NCBI GenBank assembly: GCA_040285855.1
Contig: JAUFOQ010000002.1
Coordinates: 1,550,001 to 1,614,000, forward strand
DNA from: Eukaryota sp. GEM-RC1
Lineage: Eukaryota
Direction of reading: 5' to 3'
Length of the DNA: 64,000 nt
A program made the position numbers and the translations under genes. The notes beneath the pieces were generated by a model. It did no database searches, was not told where the DNA came from, and saw only the letters and a list, made by a program, of their open reading frames with translations. Shown piece after piece: positions 11,743 to 23,472 of this stretch (within the stretch, counting starts at the first letter, position 1; the number at the start of each line of letters is the position of its first letter).

Positions 11743-12375
11743 ATGTCAGATCTTCCTCTTGAATTTACTGAAATCGATGACCTACTTAAATGGGCTGGCA
11801 TTACCAACAGAGATGACTCATTGGTTATGGGTCTGGTTGAATTTGCTCAGCGTTACATTCATGAGACCTTTATAGATTCCCACAACTGGGCTCATTATGC
11901 AGGACGTTCAGATATTAAACGTGAAGATGCTGAACTAGCTATTCGCCTGAAAAACAGCTTTGAAACCCGTAAAGTCCCTTCTCTAGACAAAACACACTCC
12001 CTAGCATCCCAAATCAATTCCGAGAACATCCCTAACATCTCAGGTAAACCTGGAATGCCTTGCCCACCTCCTCGCTTCTGTACATTGGCTGCAAACTACG
12101 ATGTTAGTTTAGTCAAGGGAGAAGAACCAATGGAAGAGGTCCAAGCGATGCCTTCTGAGTTACCATCGACGCATGAAGTTAAACCAGAAATGACCTTTGA
12201 CATGCCTTCCGATCTAGGCTTTCTTGATAGTTCTTTCTTAACAGAACCCCCCTCACAGCCCCTCCCTTCTCAGCCTCAGCAACCCTCGAAACCAGAACCT
12301 GAATCTCAATTTCCTGAGTTTGGATCTATGTCAGGAATGGACTTTCCATTTGGAGATGAGTTTGAGTTTGAATAG
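11743..12375 (+). CDS. TAF9: TFIID/SAGA subunit TAF9 (histone fold)
   Basis: LP...I..LL...GI...VEFAQRY...D...A.YAGR..I...DA.LAI...LASQIN...P...CPPPRFCTLAANY matches the TFIID-31kDa family. Confidence 0.88.
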   Translation: MSDLPLEFTEIDDLLKWAGITNRDDSLVMGLVEFAQRYIHETFIDSHNWAHYAGRSDIKREDAELAIRLKNSFETRKVPSLDKTHSLASQINSENIPNISGKPGMPCPPPRFCTLAANYDVSLVKGEEPMEEVQAMPSELPSTHEVKPEMTFDMPSDLGFLDSSFLTEPPSQPLPSQPQQPSKPEPESQFPEFGSMSGMDFPFGDEFEFE

Positions 12376-12623
12376 GGACAGTATTAACTTATTGTTATGT
12401 TGGTTTATATGATACTCTGGTGTTGGGTTTTTCTCTACCAGTAGTACATTACCAAAGTTATTGTTCTTCATTTCAGGGTACTTTGAACTGATTACTAGGG
12501 AAAATGATGAGATGTTGTCATCAGACAACAGTTGTATGTATCGAAGGTGGTTTTTAAAGGAGTTATTAAGGTCTAAATACAAATATTTACATGATATGTA
12601 CATCAAAAATTCAAACCAAAACA

Positions 12624-13720
12624 TTAATCAATTTCTAGATTCAACCTATTTTCCGTTAAATTATCACCCAATAAACATCGACGCAATTGGTTAACCTGCA
12701 GTTCAACCTCTGGACTAGCCATATACCTCCTCGCATCCTCCATTAGAGTAACCAATAGATTTGCCTGCACTTCATCCAATGCAAACTGTTGACTTAACAA
12801 AGGCCGAAGTCTAAAGTACTTAAGTCTAGAGTCAGTGTAGATCTGTTGATTACAAAAGAACCACAAACTCCCTGTTGTAGAGCAATGCAATCCTGAAGAG
12901 AGTTGTCCACTTCTTCCGTACTGGTAGCACAATCTACAATAGCATTGTAGACTGACTTGTAGTGATTGAGGTTGGGAGAGAGTGAGGGAACTAAAGACAA
13001 TACTCGCATAAATGAGGATTGATTCTTTGAAGAGATTCTGTGAGGCAACATTCCAGGAGATATAGAGAGGATTGTGATAGGATTGGGGGAATTAAGAGCT
13101 CTAGCTTCAGTAATAGCAATGCTGGCAGGCTTGGCTGCAATGGCTCCATCGATAAACGAATGTCCTACTATCATGTTAGTACCAGGCAGAGGTGCAGTTA
13201 AAGTAGCGTCTATAAAAGGAGCAAAGTAAACAGGAGCAGCACTGGAAGCTCTCACTGCTTTCCAGACTGGTGCATTTGTAACACATGGGTAACGTGATGG
13301 GGCTTCATAATTGCGGAAGAGGAAGGTAGATGCAGGTTCTGTGGAAGTGGATGAAGTAATGATGCAGAGCTTCTTTGTGATCTCGGTGGAGTTCATTAGA
13401 GTTGTCCCAAATTGTTCTTGAAGAACTTCTTCAAAAGAATCAGATTTGTAAAGAGCAGAGTTGGAACTGGCTAGTGCTCGAAGCATCTTTGAGTGGGATG
13501 CTTTGAATATTCGATGTCTGTTTTCTAGGAACAACTGTTTAATAATATCAATAGGAAGTCCAAGTGCAAGGCCTGCAGCGATAACAGACCCTGCACTTGA
13601 GCCAATGAATAGGTCGAAACAGTCATAGAGAGGTTGGCCAAGTGATTGTTCAAGTTGACAGAGTACTTCACAAGCAGATATCCCTTTCATGCCACCATGA
13701 TCAACACACAGGATTCTCAT
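12624..13720 (-). CDS. patatin-like phospholipase (iPLA2-gamma-like); one 26-nt intron at 12843-12868
   Basis: RILCVDHGGMKG, GSSAG nucleophile elbow, RASSAAPVYF, DGA; removing GTTTGT...CAACAG joins the YFRLRP...LDE C-terminus in frame. Confidence 0.9.
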
Positions 13721-14429
13721 TGTCCTATTTAAGGCGAGAGGTGTTTGAAGCCGAGATTTGGTTGGAGCTAAAAATTTGCAAGAAAAATTCGCAAGTGAAA
13801 TGTAACTTATACGGTTTGCGACGTTTTTTGCTCGCACTCGGTCTGTACGCACTGAATGTGAGTACACTACAAAAAGTTAAATAGTATTTTAGTAATTGTA
13901 GTTTTATAGTGTGTATGTAGAACATTTTATATCTCTTAAGTGTTAGTAGTTTATATTATAAAGTAAATTCGTAAAAAACAATAGTTCATAAATTTGTCGG
14001 TTCACCAAATACACTGTTTGCTTAAGAATCGATATAAATGTTGCAGTAGACCCCATGAGTGATAATGAGTAGACAGACTCTGCATATGAACTCAATTTCA
14101 GTAACTTCTATGACAGTATTCGTCACTCTTTGAAAATTCAAAGCGAAATACATAATCATTGCAAATATCCATACAGGACCATTAATCGAAGAATCCGTTT
14201 ATAAAGATTGTTCAAAAAGTCTTAGTTCATTGGGATTGATTAAATGATGAACAAATTGGACTCATAGAACATTTAAACAAGACCGTTGATGGGATATTCT
14301 AAAATTGAAACACTAAAGTTTAAAAGACTCATGAATCGAACATGTGGTCTGATAACGCCGTTGAACGACACAAAAAGGAGAAACACAAAACAAAAAATTA
14401 ACTAAAAAACTAAATCAATCATGAAGCAA

Positions 14430-15705
14430 TCACTTCTTCTTTTTGACCTTCTTAATTTCAACCGTACTCAGAGCGTGACCAGTTTCCTCCAAATGCCGGA
14501 AAAGCTGATTCTTCGATGGAAACTCCACCAAACACTGAGCACACTTCAAATCCATCCCCCCAGACTTCTTCTTCTTCTTAGCCTTATTATGAGACTGAAC
14601 TGGTTCCTCTTGACTAGGAACGGGGGCACTAGGGGCCTTAGACTTGGATTTACTTCCTTTAGAAGAGGGAGCGGGAGGGGGAAGGTTGGGCAACACCTGC
14701 TTTTGCAACAGCTTGTTTATGTTTCCTAGAGTTTTCGTGGTTCTTTAACTGCCCTTCACTGCTGAACTTCTTCTTACATGCTTGACAATAAAACTCTTCA
14801 TTATCATCAGATTCATGAGTAGTTGTTGCAATATTCAGACTGTCCATTTCAAAAATATCCTCAACAAAAGCTTGATTTCGATCAACTTCCACAACTTCCT
14901 CCTCTTCTTCTTCTACACTTTCTTCTTCCTCCAACTCCATCATCCTCCTCATTCTCTCTTCCCTGGCTTTCCTCTTCGATTCCTCCTTAGCCAACGCCAT
15001 CTCCTGCTGACGTCTCTTAGTCTCCTCAGCTTGTGCCATCTTTTGAGCATTAATCATTACAACACGAGGATCCCTTCGTTTAACAACAGAAGCCAATAGC
15101 CTAACTTTGTCGTTAAAACCTCTTCTGGCTGAGGAAACTGTATTCTTATTCTCCTTGTCCATGAGTCTTCTAATTTCCCTGTTAGGAGCATGGTTTAGAT
15201 TATACTCCTTCTCGTGAGACATTGACTTCTTAGTAGAAAAGTTCTCCCAATGAAGGTAGAATTGGGAAACGTCATTGAGTGGAGATTTAGAGTCTCCAAA
15301 GGAAGGAAGGGGAGTGAATGAGGGACATAGAGATTCTTCATATGCCAGGTCAGTAAAGGCTCTTCTGTAGATGGCATAGAAACCAGCACCATCATCAGAG
15401 AAGCCGTTAAAGCAAGAAGGGGACATGTATGAGAAGATGGGAACATTTGTAGCAGTGCCAGCGGTGTCAAGACCGAGAAGAATAGAGTCTCTGTTACTGT
15501 CATAGAAAGCACGTTCATTGGGGTCACTAAGAACACTGTAGGCTGCATTGATTTCCCTGAATAGTAAAGTAGATTCTTCAACATTGTTGTAGTTACGATC
15601 AGGATGATATTTGAGAGAAAGTTTACGATAGGCTTTCTTTATTTCGGTTTCGGTAGCGGTTTGGGCTACTCCCAGTGTTTCATAGTAGTCGACTATGGCA
15701 GCCAT
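14430..15705 (-). CDS. DNAJC21: DnaJ protein with C2H2 zinc fingers (DNAJC21/JJJ1); one apparent indel at a C-run near 14680
   Basis: J domain with [17 protein letters not shown]...KRRDPRV; zinc fingers CQACKKKF...HENSRKH and CAQC...[13 protein letters not shown]. Confidence 0.9.
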
Positions 15706-15774
15706 AAGGAGATTTGTCAAGGGAAAAAGCGAAAGCGAATTTGACTCAGAATTTGTCTGTTTTTGGTTAACCAA

Positions 15775-16227
15775 ATGTTCTTTCCTACATCTCCAAAAAT
15801 AAGATGTGTTGCTGTTGTCTCAAAGTCTGACACACCACTGTTTATCTCATTACCTCCCTCAGACGAAAATATCGTATTTCACTTTATGGTTCACAGTGCA
15901 TTGGACTACATTGATGAAAAACTGAAACCCTCCCGTCCAAGCCGCTCCTCCTGTTATCTGGATCTTCTATTTCCATATCAACTTTTCCGTGTATATGGCT
16001 ATGTCACACCTACAGATACCAAATTTATTCTCATCATTGATGACAGTAATGTTACGAAAACTTCTGTGCTTGAGTTTTTCAAATCGATTCATTCAGCGTT
16101 CATGAAAGTGGCTCTGAATCCTTTTTTCGAGGATGGATCGTCCATATCATCAACTCTTTTTCTAAACCGAGTTACTACCGCGTCTAATCTTCTTGAAGGT
16201 GAGTTGAAGACGACTTTCAAGGGCTAG
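15775..16227 (+). CDS. TRAPPC2L: TRAPP subunit, sedlin family (TRAPPC2L/Tca17-like)
   Basis: CVAVVSK...PLFI...[14 protein letters not shown]...YL.LL...VYGYVT.T.TKFIL...NPF. Confidence 0.85.
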   Translation: MFFPTSPKIRCVAVVSKSDTPLFISLPPSDENIVFHFMVHSALDYIDEKLKPSRPSRSSCYLDLLFPYQLFRVYGYVTPTDTKFILIIDDSNVTKTSVLEFFKSIHSAFMKVALNPFFEDGSSISSTLFLNRVTTASNLLEGELKTTFKG

Positions 16228-16489
16228 GATACTTTCAATGTGTTTTCCTGATTTTTGGTCATTCTTTTCACTTCGATGCTGTTTTTGTACGTCTTGTATT
16301 CGTTGTAGTTTTTTGTACAGTGTTAGATTACTTCTTTTGCCTCTATTGAGCAAACATCTTAAAATATTCTCTTGCAGAGAAACAACTGTTGATGAATATT
16401 CTCTTTCGGTCTTTGCCTTGTATAGTCAAAATCCAGAAACGAATTCTTCCGAAGAGAAATAGAGGACTTTTTTGGCAAATAAATCTTCA

Positions 16490-17359
16490 ATGCAACATGC
16501 ACAGTCTAGTGTTCAAGTACCAGCTCCCTTTTTCGAAAAGCTGGCTAATGTGCTGGAACATTCTCGCAAACTTTCTTCTGAGTGGGACAACTTTATAAGA
16601 ACATACAAGAATGATATATCAGAGCACGCAGATGCTCCTGCTTGGATATTTCCTTTCTCGGAAGCGCAGTCCAGCTTAGGACATGTTCTTTCATACATCC
16701 AAGCCGCTGACGACCAAATCTCAACAATAGCTCAGCCACCAACCCCTCATCCTGAAGTTGTTCCCATAGTCACACCAACACCAAGCTCTAGTACTAGACG
16801 AAGAACTCCTCTGTCAGTGGCTTCTGATGGGCTAACAGATCCTTATGGACGACCTATTCAATCACCAGCTCCTTCCAGCCGTGACCAAGGCCCCACTCCT
16901 CCTGATATTTTGGAAACCTGGAGATGTCATTGCACTGCGAACAGCAGAAGAAGATTGTCTTTTCTTAGCAACGTTCAAAGAAATACAGTACGAACGGAAT
17001 ACTTCTCAACCCATTATTGTTGCTTATGACGCAGACCCTGATTCTCCTGGAAATATACTATATGGAGATGCTGCTGTCGTTTTGGATGAAGAAAATGAAC
17101 GAAAAATGCGCAATGTTAGAACAGGACGCAAAGTTATGGCATTATACCCTGGTTGTACAGCTCTATATGCTGGGGAAGTTAAACGAGCTCCCAAAAAGGA
17201 GAAGAAACCGTCGAGGTCGATTTTGGTGATCTCAACGTTTTCCCTATAGATATAAGGAAAATATTCTCGGCTCGAAGGATGCCGCTCTTGTCTTTATTAC
17301 CACAGGAGCAACGAGAGTTCATCAAATCACAACTTCCAAAACCATTTGTTGCACCATAA
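16490..17359 (+). CDS. SGF29: SAGA-associated factor 29 (tandem Tudor); two apparent homopolymer indels (~16910, ~17195)
   Basis: Reassembled frames give PGDVIALR...LFLA...YDADPD and GRKVMALYPGCTALY.G.V...P...VEVDFGD. Confidence 0.75.
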
Positions 17360-17518
17360 TTCGTCAATTGTATATTATTATTTTGGGCACTGTATAATGT
17401 TAGATTTTTAAATAGTTAATTTTTGTGTAGGTGATAGGTTAAGGTAGATACATTCTTCTGTATTAGTGTTATTTGGTGATGAATTCGGAAGAAATGAGAT
17501 GGGACAAAAATGGACATA

Positions 17519-17779
17519 CTAGAGACCTCCTCTAAGAGCTAAGACAAGATGGACACAGTCACCAGCCTTGATACCACAACTACTAACAGTTTGTTCGTCA
17601 TTAAGGGGTTGGCCGTTAAAGATAATACTGGGATCAACGATGAGTGAAACCTACCGTTGTTGCGATGGATGGATGCCTTCCTTTTCTTGAATTCTCTGTT
17701 TGATTCGAGAAACTTTGTCCGATTCTTCAACTGTAAGAGAGAGTGTAGCACCAGTAAGAGTTTTGACTTGGAGATTCAT
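17519..17779 (-). CDS. NEDD8: NEDD8/Rub1 ubiquitin-like modifier; one 27-nt intron at 17628-17654
   Basis: Spliced product MNLQVKTLTG...RIKQRIQEKEGIHPSQQRIIFNGQPL...VHLVLALRGGL*, 77 aa, with the NEDD8-type Ala72 (LALRGG). Confidence 0.9.
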
Positions 17780-18170
17780 TGTTAGAAAGTAGTTGATTTC
17801 TAATTCTAACTGCATTGAGTCTGCAGTGTTTTTAATAAAAGCGTTCAATGTCTAAGATTTATAAATCAATTAACACAAAGTTGTATAAGAACTGTGGTAC
17901 TGTTGACCAGAAATTGCCCGTGGCTGTTTCATAGCTCTTATTATGCATCGATAAAATTCGTGTTTTTGCTAAATTATTACTACTTCAACAAAATTATCAA
18001 ACCCCATGAACGGTTCTCCTATAGTAGTACATTCTACTTTCCCATTAGTGCCAGCCTTTGCGAGGATTATCTTAATGAGAGGGTACTACTTGTATAGGTA
18101 TCTTATCAATCCATATCTGTAAGGTAAAAAATTAGAAAATTTATTAAATATAAGAATACTGCCAGAAAAT

Positions 18171-19427
18171 CTACAGTTGCCATACAGTTAGAGAACTATC
18201 CAAATGTCCTAATATTAATCGACGGTCTTCTGAAACGAACCAAATAGCTGTAACCTGTTGTGCCAATCCATTTTCTCTCAGACTAGACTCTAAATCATAC
18301 TGGTGAAGCAGACTTCCTGTAATAGGATCAATGATGTTAACAACCATGACAAAGCTAGCATTTTCAACCACAGAAACTAAGAAACGTTCACTTGGGTCAA
18401 CAACAGTACAAGAGAAATCATCAAAATCACAATTAACCATCGTGCTTGGAAGTTTGTTAACTAGCTCGAGTTCATCATTAAGAAGCAACGCAAAACCTTT
18501 ACGACTGAACGCAATGATTCGACTTGCTGAGTGAAGTAGCAAAAATGAAGAAACAGACTGAAGCCCATCATATCTGTTGTCCCTAAAGGTTTCATTAACT
18601 GGTCGTTTGATCGAATTCATAGTTCTCATGTTACAAGCCTTCATGAAGCCAGCATTAGGACCTAGAGGACAGAAGCAAAATGCAAGATCGCCTACAGCTT
18701 CAGTATAGAGTATGTTGTAAGTAACTGGATGAGGAAGTCCACGAGGTTGAAGCTTTAGTGAAGTAGTGCAAAGAATAGAACCATCAACAAGATCGTATAT
18801 TAGTATAGGTATTTGAGATTGAAAGTTGGGTTGGTGAAAGACAACTAGACGATCTGGACAGAGTTTGACTTCAAGAACATTGTTAGAGGAGATGGAGTAG
18901 AGAAAGTGATAGTTATTAAGTTCCCAAATACGATATGTTTGATCTGGTGCACTATAAGTTATGGCTCGATTGGCTTTGGATTCAAACTCAACAAATCCAG
19001 GATGACGGAAAGTCTCTGAGGTAAACAGTTTGGTTGCACCTTCTCTAGCTCTGCCTTGTTTGATGAAATCCACTGGAAATGATATAACGTGCAATAGGAG
19101 ATGAGTTTCTGACTTTTTGGTGGCTACAGTTAGAATAGTTCTATTTTTATGATGAGCGAACAGTGAGCGGACGATGTAATTATCATCAATTTGAAGCTTA
19201 CCTAAAGATTGTAGAGTGCACATGTCAGCAACTCTTGCGATGCCATTTGAATCAAGATAAACGATCAGATCATTTGTTGATAGTACTTCCACAATTTTGG
19301 CTGCATCAGAACTTCCTTTTACGCGACCACAGAACCGCGGTTTAAGGCCAAAGAATGAATGTGGGGGACATCCAACGACGGCATAGTCATTGTGCAACAT
19401 GAGATTGTGACAACATTCAGGATTCAT
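18171..19427 (-). CDS. WD40-like beta-propeller protein of a conserved uncharacterised family
   Basis: Long open frame; HPGFVEFE...ITYSA...YRIWELNNY.FLYSIS...V.EVK resembles an uncharacterised WD40-like family I recall from plants and protists; C-terminal LILGHLDSSLTVW. Confidence 0.7.
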   Translation of the reverse strand: MNPECCHNLMLHNDYAVVGCPPHSFFGLKPRFCGRVKGSSDAAKIVEVLSTNDLIVYLDSNGIARVADMCTLQSLGKLQIDDNYIVRSLFAHHKNRTILTVATKKSETHLLLHVISFPVDFIKQGRAREGATKLFTSETFRHPGFVEFESKANRAITYSAPDQTYRIWELNNYHFLYSISSNNVLEVKLCPDRLVVFHQPNFQSQIPILIYDLVDGSILCTTSLKLQPRGLPHPVTYNILYTEAVGDLAFCFCPLGPNAGFMKACNMRTMNSIKRPVNETFRDNRYDGLQSVSSFLLLHSASRIIAFSRKGFALLLNDELELVNKLPSTMVNCDFDDFSCTVVDPSERFLVSVVENASFVMVVNIIDPITGSLLHQYDLESSLRENGLAQQVTAIWFVSEDRRLILGHLDSSLTVWQL

Positions 19428-19504
19428 AGCAACATCAGATGCCGGCAAAAATTTGTCAGTTATTAGACTTGCTTCTACTCTCTCACTAATATGTATTGCT
19501 TACA

Positions 19505-19587
19505 TTCACTACAAAACTCTAAATCAGAACTATGCGAGCTGAATTCAGTTTGTCACATACACGTCACATTAAGAGAATTGTTGTGAA
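19505..19587 (-). promoter_or_regulatory. type II SECIS element (GUGA_AAA_GA)
   Basis: Minus strand: helix I, core G-UGAC at 19567-19563, 11 nt, AAA (19551-19549), minihelix CUG-AAUU-CAG, helix II UAUGUGA/UCGCAUA, 3' core UGAU (19526-19523). Confidence 0.72.
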
Positions 19588-19600
19588 AAGAACATGTCAA

Positions 19601-19894
19601 TTAACATCATTTCGACATTCCCTTTGTTGGATCCTTGGGGGGTTCAACAATTGGTTGAAGAAGAGCCTCAAGATCAGAGAACGATGGACATTTCCCAAAG
19701 CATTCAAGTAAAGTTTCATTATTATACTCTTGTACTAGACAAAACACATCTGGTCGTGGATCTACTTCATCATCATTGTAGTTGATGTTGAAGTGAATCT
19801 GAATTTTGCCTGGAAAACGACGAATAAGTTGCATTTCAAGAGCTTCTGCGCTACGTTTTAGACTAGGACAAACTTCGAGGAGAAAGGTTGGCAT
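19601..19894 (-). CDS. Rdx/SelW-like small protein; candidate selenoprotein ending ...GMSK-U-C
   Basis: MPTFLLEVCPSLKRSAEALEMQLIRRFPG...RPDVF.LV...LL...KCPSFSDL follows the Rdx pattern; ends AAA TGA TGT TAA; SECIS-like hairpin directly downstream. Confidence 0.65.
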
Positions 19895-19984
19895 AAGAGT
19901 GGTTGAGGCAGAATTTTGGAACACTGTTCATGTTTCTGTTCAAAAAAAATAATTGCATTAAGCGTGCGATAACAACCATTGTGA

Positions 19985-20056
19985 TCTTCTGTAGTGTAAT
20001 GGTTAGCACGCTTGACTTTGAATCAAGCAATCCCAGTTCGATTCTGGGCAGAAGAA
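19985..20056 (+). tRNA. trnQ-UUG: tRNA-Gln(UUG)
   Basis: Acceptor TCTTCTG/CAGAAGA; anticodon arm CTTGA-CTTTGAA-TCAAG; T arm CCCAG-TTCGATT-CTGGG. Confidence 0.95.
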
Positions 20057-21030
20057 TTTTTAGCATTTGAATTAGTTCAAAATCGGAAATGTTCCCTCTT
20101 CTGTGGATGCCTACTGCTTCCAAAAGTACTTGTATTGCTTGTCAACATTGCATCAAAGTACTTCAAGAGTGGGTAAAATGTGAACGAGCTCGTCCTCTTG
20201 AATAGTTCCCATCGGATTTATTAACAACACGGTGGAATTGTTTGTCCAAAACAACTTTGGTTCAACTAAGTGTGATCGTTGCCTCATTTTTACCTCAACA
20301 GTAGCAGTAAAATTTACAATCATCACACTAAGATAATAAATTTCTTGGTACAATGTTCTCAAGACTGAATATTTCTAGGCTTGTGTTGGTAGAGGGTTGT
20401 ATTGGTAGACTAATGGATGCTTTACACCAATGGTGTTACTACACTGCAGATAAAGAACTTTATTATCGGGATCACTTGATTCAGTGATGTGAACAAATTC
20501 ACTTAAATTAAATGATTAATTCTTGATGCCCTCAATTAATTAATTTTAATTTTCGTGGCCTAGCATTAATTCTGTAGTAGCAATACAATAACAGACAACA
20601 TTTTATCAATGAGAATGTTTCAGTAACGTTGTCTCATGCAAGTTCTTGGTCACAATTAATTTGAGTACATCAAAGTACTAACATTTTGAGTTCTAGAGAT
20701 TTAACACTTGTTTCGTTAGAGAATTCAAAGATTCGCGTATTTGCACTAAGATGAAGTTACCATTATATTGAACCAGGAGTCAATTCTATTGGCCAGTTGT
20801 GGAATTGTTTGTGTTTTGAATCTCAGACACTAAGCGTTTTTGACGATATCGTGTGTTTGCTGGTCTTTAACAGTCCAGGTTTGAATGTTCCCACTTTTAC
20901 ACTATCAAACTATTTACTTGTAGTGTTCTCATATGCACTAGTTTATCATGATTCGACACATGGAAAAACGAACAATGCCTTCTTGCTGAGTATCGGGGAA
21001 AACGACATAGTGTGGCTCACAAGAAATTAT

Positions 21031-21662
21031 TAGGGTTGTCAATGACTTGACTCAGGTCGCAAGTCGCAAGTCAAAGTCAAGTCGACTTGATATTTTCCAA
21101 GTCAAGTCATTTGACTTGACTTGTAAGTAATGCCGCTTTTTTATAGACGGCGGGCAACTGAATATCAATGTAAGAAGCTCAAATACTGCAACTTTTTTAG
21201 TCACTAGTAAATTAATTCGTGGTTCTTGCGTCCCTTGCAAGAGACTTTTTGGCTATTCCAGCCACGTCTGTTCCCTGTGAACGAGTGTTTTCACTTGCAG
21301 GGAACATTAAAAATTAGAAGAGAAGCAGACTCGGTGATGATTCGTTCACTTTATTAACCCTGTTAAAGGACGTTGGAAAAGGGTTATGATATCTTAGAAG
21401 CCTGTAGTGACGACGAAGACGAAGACGTTGGTCAGAATATTGGGGAAGTTGTGGTCTAGTACTAGTGTACTACATGTAGTAGGTGTATCACTTATACTTA
21501 TTTATACTAATAAATTGATGTTAAACTATGATGAGCATTGGTTAATGATGCATTTCTATCAGCACTCACATCATTTTGCTCAAGTCGACTTGGGACGATT
21601 TGACTTGACTTGATGAATGACTCAAGTCAAAGTCAAGTCGACTTGAGTCATTGACAACCCAA
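21031..21662 (+). mobile_element. non-autonomous hAT element
   Basis: TIR TAGGGTTGTCAATGACT; GACTT/AAGTC subterminal repeats; internal LAIPATSVPCERVFSLAG dimerisation-domain remnant; TSD not preserved. Confidence 0.8.
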
Positions 21663-22112
21663 TTTCAAATTATACATTTTCTTCTCTTAATCCATTAACA
21701 GCAGCTGAAAAGCTCAAACACTCCAAGTATGACTCTCAAGTAGAAGAATTAAATAGAAACTCATATTCCAAATTTGTGTTTCAACCTTTTGCTGTTTCTC
21801 TTTTTGGATCTATTAGTCGTGCTGGTGATCAATTTTTCAAGGATTTCGAAGAATTGTGTAAAGAAAAGAAGCGTAAGTTTAGAATGGCTGAATGGAAAAA
21901 CCGTATAGTGTTTTCCATATATCGGAATATGTCTTTCTATTTCTCTAGATTAATTGAGAAATTGTACAAGTTTGGTGTGAAGGTTAATGTTGATAAACGT
22001 AATCTTTTACCGGGTGGTGATGAAGTCGTTTGGATTTAATCTTAGTATTTTTTGTTTGTTTTTACAATTTCATAGTTTGTAGGAAGGTTACCTTATTGGG
22101 TGCCGAATAAAC
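21663..22112 (+). mobile_element. 3' fragment of a CRE/SLACS-like non-LTR retrotransposon (restriction-like endonuclease end plus 3' UTR)
   Basis: AAEKLKHSKY...FQPFAVSLFGSI...FF...W..RIVFSIYR; homologous fragments at ~40140-40590 and ~55900-56100. Confidence 0.7.
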
Positions 22113-22462
22113 TTGTTGTCATTATACAATTAATTCTACTAATTAGTGTTAATTAATTTTAATTCTTAGGTGTCATAATTAATTAATTAGAATTCTACGC
22201 GGCTAGAATTAATTAATTCTCAGGGAATTAATTCAATCAATTAAAATTATATAAATTTTTTCGCATCACACACTTGATTACTCAAAAACACGCTATTGAA
22301 GAGATGTGTTTTTGTTCTATAAAAATATTGTCTGACCATGACTGACTTATGAACAACAAACGAACTTTTTCTTCTCCTCTGAAGAGGATAAACATATTCA
22401 ATATATTTAATTATCCTCTCAAAATTAATCCAGTTGGAACTGTAATTACACTTCATCAAAAG

Positions 22463-22765
22463 TTAACTTCCATCTTCTAGAGACGCGTCAATAGGTAACA
22501 GTTGATTTTTTTTCGGCTTTGGATGGGGAACGAGCAATAGAGGTCTTTTCTTAGTAGCGTCAGCGCTGTATAGGACAATTCCTGGTGATCTCATTTTTTG
22601 CGAGGCCGGTTTTGTAACGGCAACAGACAAGTTACCTATCTGTTCATAAGTATAGTCAGCTTCGGCATCGAAAAATACGGAGGTTTCATCAAAATTGTAG
22701 ATGTCGCCAAATTCGTAGTCGTTTTGATTGAGCTTATCTTTCAATATGATAATATACTCAACCAC
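22463..22765 (-). pseudogene. pogo/Tigger DDE transposase fragment
   Basis: IYNFDETSVFFD...G...V.V...KMR...SADATKKRPLLL. Confidence 0.75.
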
Positions 22766-23472
22766 TTTTTTTAGAGAGCTTCAGCGAAGTTTTCCTTATT
22801 CATGAAAGAAGAGTGGATGTAAGATAATAATACAAGTACACCGATACAGCTAATTTTATCATCAGTTTAATTTAATTTGGATCTACAGCCTAGAATCAAT
22901 AACGACACTTTCAACTTCATAGATCGTACAAGCCTACTATTTTCTAGGCCTGTATGGGTAGAAGGCTTGTATGGGTGTCTCTACTATGTATACATTCTTC
23001 AGCAAACAATACCAGGACGTTCTAACCATGACACAGCCACCACAGCTCAAGGAGCCCATCTTCTGACTACTACAGCTGCAAGGTCTGTCAACCCAATTTT
23101 TTCTCTTGGATAAGAAATGAAAGGGATACACCAATCTTCTTTATCACTCTAAAACTGACCAGTTAAATGACGATCAAAGCTTTGAATCGTCAGAACCTCA
23201 AAACAACATTGTTCAATATGATGTTAAGATGATTGTAGTGTTTCAAAACCGGTCTATTGATGACAAGAAGATGTTAATTGATATCAAGGACAACATAAAG
23301 CTACACACCAAGTCATCACGTGTCAGAACAACACAACTGCTCGATCGATCAGGGTAGCAATTTTCTCTTGTAACTTCTGGTTGAGAAATACAACTTTCTC
23401 TCCTCAATCTTTATATCATGAACATACTATCATGACTTGAAACGTTGATATGACAACAGTGGGTTTATTTCG

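Noticed and set aside
14244..14352. Box C/D snoRNA (ATGATGA...CTGA)
   Set aside because: Only about 7 nt of possible rRNA complementarity before box D and no convincing terminal stem; such boxes arise by chance in AT-rich DNA
19851..19873. 23-nt intron GTTTGT...CGTAG in the Rdx-like gene
   Set aside because: Removal breaks the frame and deletes the conserved Cys; the unspliced frame fits the Rdx pattern
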